A stretch of 64,000 nucleotides of DNA. Source: an uncultured Clostridia bacterium (lineage in GTDB: Bacteria > Bacillota > Clostridia > Christensenellales > UBA3700). The first letter of the stretch is position 1. The number at the start of each line of letters is the position of its first letter. The stretch lies in contig CAMWQA010000001.1 of the NCBI GenBank assembly GCA_947176265.1, positions 11,772 through 75,771 on the forward strand, read 5' to 3'. Shown piece by piece: positions 38,261-47,322 of this stretch. The notes below the pieces were generated by a model, which saw nothing but the letters and a program-made list of their open reading frames with translations, searched no databases and had not been told where the DNA came from. A program made the position numbers and the translations under genes.

Positions 38261-38977
38261 ATGGCAATGTGGAATCCGTGGAGAGGATGTAAAAAATGTA
38301 GCGATGGCTGTTTACATTGCTATATTCATAAAGGGGATTTTAAAAGAAACGTAAACACTAATGAAATTATAAAGACCAAAGACTTTAAAAAACCTATAGA
38401 GAAATTGAAAAACGGCAATTATAAAATCAAGTCGGGAATCGTTTATTTATGTTTTTCTACGGATTTTCTTATTGAGGAAGCAGACGAGTGGAGAGATGAA
38501 TGTTGGAAAATGATTAAAGAAAGACAGGACTGTACTTTCTTATTTCTAACCAAAAGAATAGATAGATTTATCAAATGTATTCCTAATGACTGGAATGACG
38601 GATATAACAACGTTGTCGTATGTTGCACTATTGAAAATCAAAAAAATGCCGATTATAAATTATCAATATTTAAAGATTTACCGATAAAACATAAATGTAT
38701 AACAGCGCAGCCATTGTTAGAGAGAATAGATATTGAAAAATATCTTGATGATATCGAATTAGTCGTAGTAGGCGGAGAATCTGATATAAACGCTAGGGTA
38801 TTTGATTTTGACTGGGCGTTAGATATTAGACAGCAGTGTATAAGCAAGAACGTTGGTTTTGAGTTTAGACAATGCGGAACTTATACGTTAAAAGATGGAA
38901 AACAATATAAAATACAAACAAAAGATTTGTGTAGCCAAGCAAAATTGGCAAATATAGATTATAAAAGCAATAGATAA
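38261..38977 (+). CDS. DUF5131 (phage Gp37/Gp68-like) family protein
   Basis: MWNPWRGCKKCSDGCLHCY, FLFLTKR and VVGGESD...DWALDIRQQC...FEFRQCG match the recalled family pattern. The gene is visibly more AT-rich than its neighbours. Confidence 0.7.
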   Translation: MAMWNPWRGCKKCSDGCLHCYIHKGDFKRNVNTNEIIKTKDFKKPIEKLKNGNYKIKSGIVYLCFSTDFLIEEADEWRDECWKMIKERQDCTFLFLTKRIDRFIKCIPNDWNDGYNNVVVCCTIENQKNADYKLSIFKDLPIKHKCITAQPLLERIDIEKYLDDIELVVVGGESDINARVFDFDWALDIRQQCISKNVGFEFRQCGTYTLKDGKQYKIQTKDLCSQAKLANIDYKSNR

Positions 38978-38980
38978 AAT

Positions 38981-39017
38981 TAGCCCGCCGTATTTAGTTT
39001 ATGAAATCAGCGGGCTA
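38981..39017. terminator. Hairpin between convergent DUF5131 and leuB
   Basis: TAGCCCGC...21-nt loop...GCGGGCTA. The large loop and weak U tracts make this a weak call. Confidence 0.35.
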
Positions 39018-39033
39018 TTAGTTTAATTGCAAA

Positions 39034-40098
39034 TTAGATATTCTTTATTATCAAATCCGTCATTTCTCTCGTACCAAGCACTTCGTGACCTTCTTCTCTG
39101 AGGTCTGCCGTTCTTGCTCCGCTGTTGAGAGTTTTCTCAACTGCATTTTCAATTGCGTCGCCTTCTTCTATAAGATTGAAAGCGTACTTGAGCATCATTG
39201 CGGCGGAAAGAATAGTCGCTATCGGGTTGGCAATATTCTTACCTGCAATGGTTGGAGCAGAGCCGTGTATAGGCTCGTAAAGTCCTCTCGTCGTCTCGTT
39301 GATAGATGCGGATGGGAGTATGCCTATACTTCCCACACATTGCGACGCAAGGTCGGAGAGTATGTCGCCGAAGAGATTGCCAGTAACTACTACGTCGAAT
39401 TGCGACGGTTCTCTTACGAGTTGCATAGCCATATTGTCTACTAGTACGTCTTCAAGGATTACGTCGGGGTAGTCTTCGTGTATTTCGTGTACTACTTTTC
39501 TCCATACGCCCGAAGTCTTGAGTACGTTTGCCTTGTCTACCGAAGACACCTTGCCGCGTCTCTTTTGCGCAAGTTCAAATGCTGTACGGCATATTCTTTC
39601 GATTTCCAATTCGCCGTACGCCATTACGTCGTATCCTTCGCGACCCATCTTGCCGTCTCTAATTCCCTTTTCGCCAAAGTAGATACCGCCGATAAGCTCG
39701 CGCACTACCATGATATCGATATTCTTTGGATTTTTGAGAGGACAAACGCTTTTGAGCGCCTCAAACATTTTTGCGGGACGCAAGTTTGCGTAAAGCTCCA
39801 TAGCCTTTCTCACGCCGAGTAGCGCTCTTTCGGGGCGAAGCTCGTAGGGAAGATTGTCGTATTGCGGGCCGCCAACCGCGCCGAGAAGTACGCTGTCGCT
39901 CGCAAGGCATATATCAAGGCTTTCTTTTGGCAACGGCTCTCCGTACTTGTCGTAAGCGCATCCGCCGCAGATACTTTCCGTGAAGTTGAATTTGTGATTA
40001 AATCTCTCTCCGATTTTCGTCAATACGTTCATCGCAGAGGTGGTAACTTCGGGACCTATTCCGTCTCCCTTTATTACAGCTATATTAAATGTACTCAT
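39034..40098 (-). CDS. leuB: 3-isopropylmalate dehydrogenase
   Basis: IAVIKGDGIGPEV..., NLFGDILSD motif. Confidence 0.93.
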   Translation of the reverse strand: MSTFNIAVIKGDGIGPEVTTSAMNVLTKIGERFNHKFNFTESICGGCAYDKYGEPLPKESLDICLASDSVLLGAVGGPQYDNLPYELRPERALLGVRKAMELYANLRPAKMFEALKSVCPLKNPKNIDIMVVRELIGGIYFGEKGIRDGKMGREGYDVMAYGELEIERICRTAFELAQKRRGKVSSVDKANVLKTSGVWRKVVHEIHEDYPDVILEDVLVDNMAMQLVREPSQFDVVVTGNLFGDILSDLASQCVGSIGILPSASINETTRGLYEPIHGSAPTIAGKNIANPIATILSAAMMLKYAFNLIEEGDAIENAVEKTLNSGARTADLREEGHEVLGTREMTDLIIKNI

Positions 40099-40110
40099 AT
40101 TATATAACTC

Positions 40111-40599
40111 CTAAATCTTATTTGCTTTGATTGCGTTGATAAGTCCGCCGCACTCGATTATGTTTTGAATAAACTTGGGGAAGGGCTGAGCTTGATACGT
40201 CTTGCCGCTTGTGTGGTTGGTAATTACGCCGGTATCTACGTCTACGCTCACTTCGTCGCCTTGCTTAATACCGTCGACGGCTTCGGGACATTCGAGAATA
40301 TAAAGACCGATATTTAGAGCGTTTCTATAGAATATTCTTGCAAAAGACTTTGCAATTACTATAGATACTCCGCAGCCCTTTATTGCTATAGGCGCGTGCT
40401 CTCTTGAAGAACCGCAACCGAAATTCTTGCCTGCGACGACAATATCTCCCTCTTTTACTTCGTTGTAAAATTCGGGATTGGTATATTCCATGCAGTGCTT
40501 TGCAAGTTCTTTTGGGTCAAAAGTCGACAGATACGTAGCAGGTACGATTATATCCGTATCAATATCGTCGCCGAATTTAAAAACTTTTCCTTTCAACAT
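40111..40599 (-). CDS. leuD: 3-isopropylmalate dehydratase small subunit
   Basis: [14 protein letters not shown] motif, 162 aa. Confidence 0.92.
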   Translation of the reverse strand: MLKGKVFKFGDDIDTDIIVPATYLSTFDPKELAKHCMEYTNPEFYNEVKEGDIVVAGKNFGCGSSREHAPIAIKGCGVSIVIAKSFARIFYRNALNIGLYILECPEAVDGIKQGDEVSVDVDTGVITNHTSGKTYQAQPFPKFIQNIIECGGLINAIKANKI

Positions 40600-40601
40600 A
40601 A

Positions 40602-41885
40602 TTACACCTCCAATTTGCTTTCGCAGGTCAATTTGCCTGCAATTGCGCTAGCCATTGCCGTAGCGGGGGAAGCAAGATAAATATAGCTGTCCTTTGCGCC
40701 CATTCTGCCGATGAAGTTGCGGTTGGTAGTCGTCACGGCGACTTCGCCGCTTGCGAGTATTCCCATGTGTCCGCCGAGACACGGTCCGCAGGTCGGGGTA
40801 GATACGACTGCTCCGCCTTCAATAAAGGTTTTGATATATCCCTTTTCCATAGCCTCAAGATAAATCTTGTTGGTAGCGGGTATTACTATAGTACGCACGT
40901 TTGGATTGACTTTCTTGCCTTTGAGCACTCTTGCAGCCGCTGCCAAGTCGGAAAGTCTGCCGTTGGTACAAGAACCTATTATTACTTGGTCGATGATAAT
41001 ATCTTCTTTGACGTCTTCGACTGCTTTGGTATTTGACGGCAAGTGCGGGAAAGCTACTGTCGGTTTAATCTTCGACAAGTCGATATCTATCACTTGTTCG
41101 TACGCTTCGTCGTCGCCCGCTTGCATACTTTCAAAAGTCTTTCCGCAAGATACTTTGACGTACTCTTGCGTGATTTCGTCGACGGGGAAGACGCCGTTCT
41201 TTGCTCCGCATTCGATAGCCATATTACATATCGTAAATCTGTCGTCCATCGTCATATATTTTACGCCTTCGCCTGCAAATTCAATTGACTTATACAAAGC
41301 GCCGTCCACGCCGATCATGCCGATAATGTGAAGTATCACGTCTTTACCCGAGATATACTTGCTTGGTTTGCCAATCAAATTGAACTTAATTGCAGACGGA
41401 ACTTTGAGCCAAACTTTGCCCGATAGCATTATGCCTGCGATATCCGTACTGCCTACTCCCGTCGAAAACGCGCCCAGCGCTCCGTACGTGCAGGTGTGCG
41501 AATCTGCGCCTATCACTACAGACCAAGGTTTTGCAATTCCTTTTTCGGGGAGCAAAGCGTGCTCGATACCCATAGTGCCCACGTCAAAGAAATTCTTGAC
41601 GCCTTCTTTTCTTGCAAAGGCGCGTACGCATTTGCAAAGCTCCGCAGACTTGATATCTCTGTTGGGAGTAAAGTGGTCGAGTACGAAAGTCACTTTGTCG
41701 GCGTCGTGGAGTTTTCCGTCAGCCTTATTAAATACGTCGATAGCCACCGGCGCAGTTACGTCGTTGGAGAGAGCGGTGTCGACTTCCACGAGAGTAAGAG
41801 TACCTGCGGAAAGAGCCGTAACAGCCTCTTCAAAAGGCATACCGAGTTTTCTAGCCAGAATTTTTTGAGTCATTGTCAATTTCAT
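40602..41885 (-). CDS. leuC: 3-isopropylmalate dehydratase large subunit
   Basis: Aconitase-family motifs (GADSHT, GSCTNGR, CGPCLG). ATG 41885 lies 7 nt after GGAGG. Confidence 0.92.
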   Translation of the reverse strand: MKLTMTQKILARKLGMPFEEAVTALSAGTLTLVEVDTALSNDVTAPVAIDVFNKADGKLHDADKVTFVLDHFTPNRDIKSAELCKCVRAFARKEGVKNFFDVGTMGIEHALLPEKGIAKPWSVVIGADSHTCTYGALGAFSTGVGSTDIAGIMLSGKVWLKVPSAIKFNLIGKPSKYISGKDVILHIIGMIGVDGALYKSIEFAGEGVKYMTMDDRFTICNMAIECGAKNGVFPVDEITQEYVKVSCGKTFESMQAGDDEAYEQVIDIDLSKIKPTVAFPHLPSNTKAVEDVKEDIIIDQVIIGSCTNGRLSDLAAAARVLKGKKVNPNVRTIVIPATNKIYLEAMEKGYIKTFIEGGAVVSTPTCGPCLGGHMGILASGEVAVTTTNRNFIGRMGAKDSYIYLASPATAMASAIAGKLTCESKLEV

Positions 41886-41919
41886 AGCCAAACCTCCTAT
41901 ATACTGAAAATTAGATTAT

Positions 41920-43656
41920 TTATATGCGTTTTTTCTTTTTGGCAAATACTATCAATACGGTTGCAATTGCCGTTGCGACGGCTACGCAAGGGATAGTTAT
42001 TACCAAAGCAAGTTGCCAAGAGGTAAGACCCGACGGTTTGACGTTGGCAGTCTTGACGTAAGCAGTTTTGCCTTCAAAGTATACTGCCGTCCACTCGCTT
42101 TTTTTGTTGTATTTTTCTTTAAGATATACTGTCGTACCTTCGGGGAGCTGGGTAAGCTCTATAGCGTCTTCCGCGTTTTGATAAGGCAGAGCGTAAAGCG
42201 TGATATACTGTCCCAATTTCTTTGACGTCAGTTTTACGGATTTTGAAAGCGACGGAGCAGTGAGCTCGGTATACGGCGAAAGATTTTGCGTCTTGACGTA
42301 ACCGTATTGAGTCTTGCCGTCACTGCCGACAAATCCCACTTTGTACCACCCCCATGTGAAGTCGCCGTCTTGACCTACGTTGTCAATGACGATGAGTTGC
42401 ATAAATATCGTAGCGTCGAGAATTTTTTCGCTGCCTGCGCCCTCAAAAGGATATTTGTAAATTGCGGTGTTTTGGTGCAAAGGTTGAGCGTAAGCTCCGA
42501 TTATGTTCTCTTTTTCTGCAGGGCAGAGAGTTATGTTCGCCGCCTTTTTGATATATCCGTACTGAGTTTTGTTCTCAACGGAGTCGTGATAATACACGTA
42601 AAGATAGTCGTCTTTTTCGCTCAAAACGATAAAATATCTGCCTTGAGGAATTACTCCCATACGTTGCAAATGTCTTGGAGAAGAATACAACGTGACGTCT
42701 GCGCCCGTTTTGTATAGCTTGACGATGTCAAACTCCGCAGGGTGCATGTATACCGTATTGTCAAAACAGCCGTAGTATTCTAGATTGCCGTCGGTATGGA
42801 CGTACATATTGACTGCGTTGAGATTGGATTTTGTATATACGTACGACGTGTCGGTGTCGCCGTTGTAAGCCGAGCATATTTTGCTGTTTCCGTCAAGCCC
42901 ATCGACCGCAAAGGTGGAGATAGACGAGTCTATATCGTTGAATTGATATACGTTGCTTGCGCTGAGCAGCAATATCTTTTTGCCGGATACGGTTATTCCG
43001 GTATAATCTCCGCTGCGTTTGAGGAACTTTGACAAATCATCGTAATGGAAGTTTTGTTCGTCAATCGCGTAGAAATCTCCGTTCAAAATGCAGTATAGAG
43101 TATTGTTCATTACTGCAAAATCTTTTACGTCTTTATAGGCGGGATTAAGCGTCCAATCGGTATTAGAGTTGAAGTATTGAGAAATGACTTCCGGAGGATT
43201 GATGGATATATGTATAACTTTGTTGGTCTCCATTGCATAAAAGCCGTCTTCATTTGCGTATATTCCCACAAGATACTCCACGTGCAAATCGTTTAGCGCA
43301 AAGTTGATTTTTGCAATACGCATATCGTTGTACTCATAAGCCCAAAGGTATTTTTCATCTCCTTTTTGGGCAAGCGCAATAATATGCGTCGAGTCCATGG
43401 CAATATCAATAAATCCGTCGAAATCGCTCTTTTCCTCATAGCTCAACAATTTGTTGTCTTTTGCAAGGTATATCCCTTTTGAATTGGTATAGACAAAGTA
43501 ATCGCCGTAAGCCGTCAGCAAGCTGTCGCTCTTCAACGACACCAGCACGTCTACGTTTTCTGCATTGGCAACGTCTTGCGTTGAAACAATGCTTGTTAGG
43601 CACAAGACGGCAGCCAAACACAATATTAAGGATAATCCAAAGATTTTTCTTTTCAT
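41920..43656 (-). CDS. Signal-peptide protein with SH3b-like repeats and a C-terminal TM anchor; function unknown
   Basis: Signal peptide MKRKIFGLSLILCLAAVLCL...ANA. Repeated ...YGY[IV]K... SH3b-like segments. The C-terminus is LALVITIPCVAVATAIATVLIVFAKKKKRI. Confidence 0.6.
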   Translation of the reverse strand: MKRKIFGLSLILCLAAVLCLTSIVSTQDVANAENVDVLVSLKSDSLLTAYGDYFVYTNSKGIYLAKDNKLLSYEEKSDFDGFIDIAMDSTHIIALAQKGDEKYLWAYEYNDMRIAKINFALNDLHVEYLVGIYANEDGFYAMETNKVIHISINPPEVISQYFNSNTDWTLNPAYKDVKDFAVMNNTLYCILNGDFYAIDEQNFHYDDLSKFLKRSGDYTGITVSGKKILLLSASNVYQFNDIDSSISTFAVDGLDGNSKICSAYNGDTDTSYVYTKSNLNAVNMYVHTDGNLEYYGCFDNTVYMHPAEFDIVKLYKTGADVTLYSSPRHLQRMGVIPQGRYFIVLSEKDDYLYVYYHDSVENKTQYGYIKKAANITLCPAEKENIIGAYAQPLHQNTAIYKYPFEGAGSEKILDATIFMQLIVIDNVGQDGDFTWGWYKVGFVGSDGKTQYGYVKTQNLSPYTELTAPSLSKSVKLTSKKLGQYITLYALPYQNAEDAIELTQLPEGTTVYLKEKYNKKSEWTAVYFEGKTAYVKTANVKPSGLTSWQLALVITIPCVAVATAIATVLIVFAKKKKRI

Positions 43657-43662
43657 AACAGT

Positions 43663-43671
43663 ATTATAACA
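43663..43671 (-). promoter_or_regulatory. Extended -10 element placed for a leaderless SH3b-protein mRNA
   Basis: Minus strand reads TGTTATAAT-ACTGTT-ATG(43656), with no SD. Confidence 0.5.
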
Positions 43672-43733
43672 CACTATATTTAAAAATTAAAGCAAAAAAA
43701 TATAGCATAATTAAGAAATATAATAAAGAAAGA

Positions 43734-43762
43734 TTGAAAATCACAGTTAAATATGCTAGAAT
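43734..43762 (+). promoter_or_regulatory. Promoter of the alphaCTD/WG gene
   Basis: TTGAAA(43734-43739)-17 nt-TAGAAT(43757-43762), with a TGc extended -10. Confidence 0.55.
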
Positions 43763-43805
43763 GTATTCGTATAATAATAAGCAATCGGCAAAGTTTAAGG
43801 AATAT

Positions 43806-44777
43806 ATGGCAAAAAACAAGTTTCATTATAAAAACAATAATAAGAAAAAGTTCGATTCTCAAGGCGCGGTACAAAAGTTTTTGGATGCAAATAAGGAAAA
43901 GAGCCAAGACCTCATGCGTCCTATTGAAGAACTGGGACTTTCCGAAGCCACCTACAATGCGCTTAAGATTGGCAAGATAAATATAGTGGCGGATCTTGCG
44001 TGCAGAACTTTCCAGCAGATGTACAAAATCCAGAACATAGGCAAGAAGAATTGCATAGAAATATCCAAGGCAATGGCTAAGTTTGGCGTGGATTTTGCAA
44101 AAGACGACGCTCAAAATAATAATAATGCGTCCGCCGGACAAAATCAACCGCAACGAAATAATCAAAATGCCGATAGAAGAGAAAACAACAATCAAGGCGG
44201 CAAGAATTCTCAACAGTTAAAAGACAATCGCGATAAGTCGCAAAACAACAAGAATAAAAAACAAAAGGGCGAAAACGATTCTCTCAACGAGTATTTGACT
44301 AAGCAATACGCAGGCATGACTTGGGCGGAGATACTTATGGGCAGAAGACAGCGTCCCGTAGTAGAAAAAATCGAAAGACCCCCGCTTACGGAAAAGAGCC
44401 TCATCAAGTTTTGTCGCAAAGGCAAGTGGGGCTATAAGGACTGGAAGGGCAACGTAATCGTTCCGCCGTCTTATGAAGAGGCCTTTGGCTTTTTTGAAGA
44501 GCGAGCTTGCGTAGAAAAGGACGGAAAGTTGGGATATATAGACAGAGAAAACAATCTCGTCATAGATTTCAAATACGATTGCGCGACGTCTTTCAGCGAG
44601 GGACTTGCGTCCGTTACCGTAGGCGAGAAGAGCGGATATATAGATCAGGATGGCAATCAAATCGTCGATTTTATATACGATATAGCCACGCCGTTTTCTG
44701 ACGGCAAAGCAATAGTGAGACAAAACGACCGCTGGGGAGTCTTGAACAGAGATAACTTGAGCGTATTTTGGAGATAA
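43806..44777 (+). CDS. Fusion protein: RpoA alpha-CTD-like HhH domain, N/Q-rich basic linker, then WG (KWG) beta-repeats
   Basis: PIEELGLSEATYNALKIGKINIVADL...IQNIGKKNCIEI aligns with this window's own RpoA CTD. The C-terminus has GKWGYKD/GKLGYID/EKSGYID/DRWGVLN repeats. The start at ATG 43806 (AAGGA upstream) is tentative. Confidence 0.65.
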   Translation: MAKNKFHYKNNNKKKFDSQGAVQKFLDANKEKSQDLMRPIEELGLSEATYNALKIGKINIVADLACRTFQQMYKIQNIGKKNCIEISKAMAKFGVDFAKDDAQNNNNASAGQNQPQRNNQNADRRENNNQGGKNSQQLKDNRDKSQNNKNKKQKGENDSLNEYLTKQYAGMTWAEILMGRRQRPVVEKIERPPLTEKSLIKFCRKGKWGYKDWKGNVIVPPSYEEAFGFFEERACVEKDGKLGYIDRENNLVIDFKYDCATSFSEGLASVTVGEKSGYIDQDGNQIVDFIYDIATPFSDGKAIVRQNDRWGVLNRDNLSVFWR

Positions 44778-44792
44778 AAGGAGGACACCACT

Positions 44793-45179
44793 ATGATGCA
44801 AAGACAGAGATTACTTGAGAATGCATTGCTCGTAATGAAGAATGCGCACGCGCCCTATTCGGGATTTAAAATAGGTTGCGCGGTTATGGGAGAGAGCGGA
44901 AAAATTTACGTAGGTTGCAATATCGAAAACGTAAGCTACGGAGCTACTATTTGCGCGGAACAAGTCGCAATGGGTACGGCTATCGCAAGCAGTGAAAAAG
45001 GATTTTTGGCAATGGCTATAGTCGGCTCGGGAGAGGGTATGCCTTATCCTTGCGGAATAGTCAGACAGTTTATCAAAGAGTTTTGCAACGACCTCGTGAT
45101 ATTCGTGTCCAACAAAAACGGCGACGTAGTAACCACCAACATAAGCGAACTTTATCCCGACAGCTTTGATATAAAATAA
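44793..45179 (+). CDS. cdd: Cytidine deaminase homolog (tetrameric type) with a non-canonical zinc site
   Basis: APYSGFKIGCAV..., CAEQ, PCGIVRQ. The fold motifs are present, but the last Cys ligand is Val and the Arg after CAE is Gln. Confidence 0.8.
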   Translation: MMQRQRLLENALLVMKNAHAPYSGFKIGCAVMGESGKIYVGCNIENVSYGATICAEQVAMGTAIASSEKGFLAMAIVGSGEGMPYPCGIVRQFIKEFCNDLVIFVSNKNGDVVTTNISELYPDSFDIK

Positions 45180-45192
45180 ATCAAAAGTAAAT

Positions 45193-45226
45193 AAAAAACA
45201 AGCCACTTTACGGTGGCTTGTTTTTG
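45193..45226. terminator. Bidirectional intrinsic terminator
   Basis: aaaaaACAAGCCACtttacgGTGGCTTGTtttt. Confidence 0.8.
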
Positions 45227-45242
45227 TATGCGAAAACTGTTG

Positions 45243-46295
45243 TTATTTCATCAAAGCGTTCTTCAAATTATCGCTAATATTCATTTTATCGAGTTTTGAT
45301 TTATCGTATGTAAACCACTGCTCATAGTAGTTGTCGCTTGAACCTTTGAGGCTAAGAATCATATTTGCGTTCCACAAATTTGCGTTGACGTACGTTCTGA
45401 TAAGTCCGCATTCCCAAATCTCTATGGTCAAGTGCTTTTTAGCGTACTCAAATTCTTTGATTGCGCTTATGTCGAGCATATCTTTGACAGAATTTTCAAG
45501 CGTATTGTTTTTGCAGTTGATATCGCATTCAAGACGGTATATGCCTGCGTCTGCGTTGTAGGTCAATTTTCCTGCCGTAATAGGCTTATCGTTGTCGTAA
45601 TTATCCGTAGTAAAGCTCTTGTAACTTTCTCTTGAATTTGTCATTTTCATATACTCGTTGTATGTCATCTTTTTAGCTTTCGGCTTTTTGTAGATTACGG
45701 CGTTTTGGTCAGGGAAATTGACTATAGTATTTTGATTTGTCGATCCCTTATCGGAGAAATAAAAATCTTTACCGTTGGGGGAGTAGACTCTCTTGGTATA
45801 GTTTAGCGCGCTTGACAGTACGCTCAAAATACTGCTGTCGACTTTGCCGTGAGAACCGTCTTTTTTTACGGTATATCCGTCGACGATAAGACCATAGGAG
45901 TCAAAGTAATATGTATCGTTATCAAACACGCGTACTTCGCGAGTTTGCATAGAGCCGACTATCGTACCGCCGTTGATTGTAGCCGTGCCGTAGCCAAAAG
46001 CGCCTGCGGCAAAGAAATCGGTTTCAATTAAATTTTTGTTGGACAGTCTCAAAAGATACTCGATTGAGTCGAGCACGGCTTTGTCTTCAGTTACAGTTTC
46101 GCTCAAGGCGATTTTATCTTTATCTACCGGAGTAGATTTTGCGATTGCTTCTTGCGTAGGCTTGGAAGCCAATCCGTCGAATTCGAGACTTGCTTCAGCA
46201 TTTGTGGGCGTATGTACGCAACCTGCAAATATTGCGGCGATCAACGTCGCGATGACGAGTATAGCCGCGATTATCAATGTCTTTCTTTTTTTCAT
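45243..46295 (-). CDS. Lipoprotein of unknown function
   Basis: MKKRKTLIIAAILVIATLIAAIFAGC contains a lipobox. ATG 46295 lies 6 nt after GGAG. Confidence 0.6.
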   Translation of the reverse strand: MKKRKTLIIAAILVIATLIAAIFAGCVHTPTNAEASLEFDGLASKPTQEAIAKSTPVDKDKIALSETVTEDKAVLDSIEYLLRLSNKNLIETDFFAAGAFGYGTATINGGTIVGSMQTREVRVFDNDTYYFDSYGLIVDGYTVKKDGSHGKVDSSILSVLSSALNYTKRVYSPNGKDFYFSDKGSTNQNTIVNFPDQNAVIYKKPKAKKMTYNEYMKMTNSRESYKSFTTDNYDNDKPITAGKLTYNADAGIYRLECDINCKNNTLENSVKDMLDISAIKEFEYAKKHLTIEIWECGLIRTYVNANLWNANMILSLKGSSDNYYEQWFTYDKSKLDKMNISDNLKNALMK

Positions 46296-46591
46296 AATCA
46301 TCTCCAAAGATATACTTTTATGCGGTATATCACTAAATAAAGTATACATTATATCCCGAGTATATGTCAACCCCCAAAGGTTTTTCCTACGTTCTCGGTT
46401 GGTTTGCAAACGCCAATATTACGCATGATTTTATCAAATTCCCTTAAATTCGTCAAAATTTTTGCAATATATCTAACGGCGGACGAAACTATTCTCTTTG
46501 CGCCAATAATTACTCTACTCAAAAAGTTGTGCTATTAAATAATTTATGATAAAATAATGGCAAAGAAAGACTTTGGGAGTGAAAATCTACT

Positions 46592-47314
46592 TTGGAAATA
46601 GTTTGGAAAATAGTTGCTACGCTTGCGGCTTATTTTGTGGGCGCAATCAATATGGCGACTATTATAGGGGCGATAAAGGGTAAGAATATCAAAAATCTCG
46701 GCAGCGGTAACCCCGGCACTATGAACGTAATGAGAAGTATAGGCAAGGGGTGGGGAGCTTTGACTTTTGCTTTTGACTGCGCAAAAGGCGTGAGTTTTGC
46801 CTTGATTGGCAAGTTTGCAATTGACGGCGGTTCTGTCGATTGGATGTTTATACTAGGCGCGGTAACCGTGATAGGACACGTTTTCCCCGTATACACCAAA
46901 TTCAAAGGCGGAAAGGGAGTAGCCACGACGTTGGGTATGTTTTTGGTTGCGACGCCTATAGTCGGACCTTGCGTATTGCTTGGACTCGTGATATATTTGC
47001 TGCTTTGCAAGATAGGATTTATAGGTTCGTATCTTGCCGTAACCGCATTGACTATTGCCAATTGCATTAAGTACAAACACAGCGTAATAGCAATCGTATG
47101 CTGCTTAATAATATGGTTGCTCGTCATAATAAGACACAAAGACAACGTAAAGAGATTTTTGAAAGGTAAAGAGAATACTCTTTCGCTCGTCGGCAAAAAC
47201 GAGGTAAAAGAAGTCGACGACGGGCAAGAAAATTTAAATAAAGACGGCATAGACGGTCAAGACAGTATGCAAGATACGCAAAATATAGATACCCAAGATA
47301 ATCAGAATAAGTAG
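46592..47314 (+). CDS. plsY: Glycerol-3-phosphate acyltransferase PlsY with an acidic/Q-rich C-terminal tail
   Basis: GSGNPGTMNVMR and KGGKGVAT motifs. TTG start after GGGAGTG. Confidence 0.88.
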   Translation: MEIVWKIVATLAAYFVGAINMATIIGAIKGKNIKNLGSGNPGTMNVMRSIGKGWGALTFAFDCAKGVSFALIGKFAIDGGSVDWMFILGAVTVIGHVFPVYTKFKGGKGVATTLGMFLVATPIVGPCVLLGLVIYLLLCKIGFIGSYLAVTALTIANCIKYKHSVIAIVCCLIIWLLVIIRHKDNVKRFLKGKENTLSLVGKNEVKEVDDGQENLNKDGIDGQDSMQDTQNIDTQDNQNK

Positions 47315-47322
47315 AGGTGGAT

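Noticed and set aside
38261-38977. A prophage or phage remnant, suggested by the Gp37/Gp68-like family name
   Set aside because: It is a single gene with no integrase, capsid, tail, terminase or att-like repeats nearby. The family is widespread in non-phage contexts.
40767-41996. Plus-strand ORFs (for example 40867-41331, 41359-41868, 41496-41996) inside leuC
   Set aside because: They are shadow frames of a well-supported aconitase-family gene on the minus strand.
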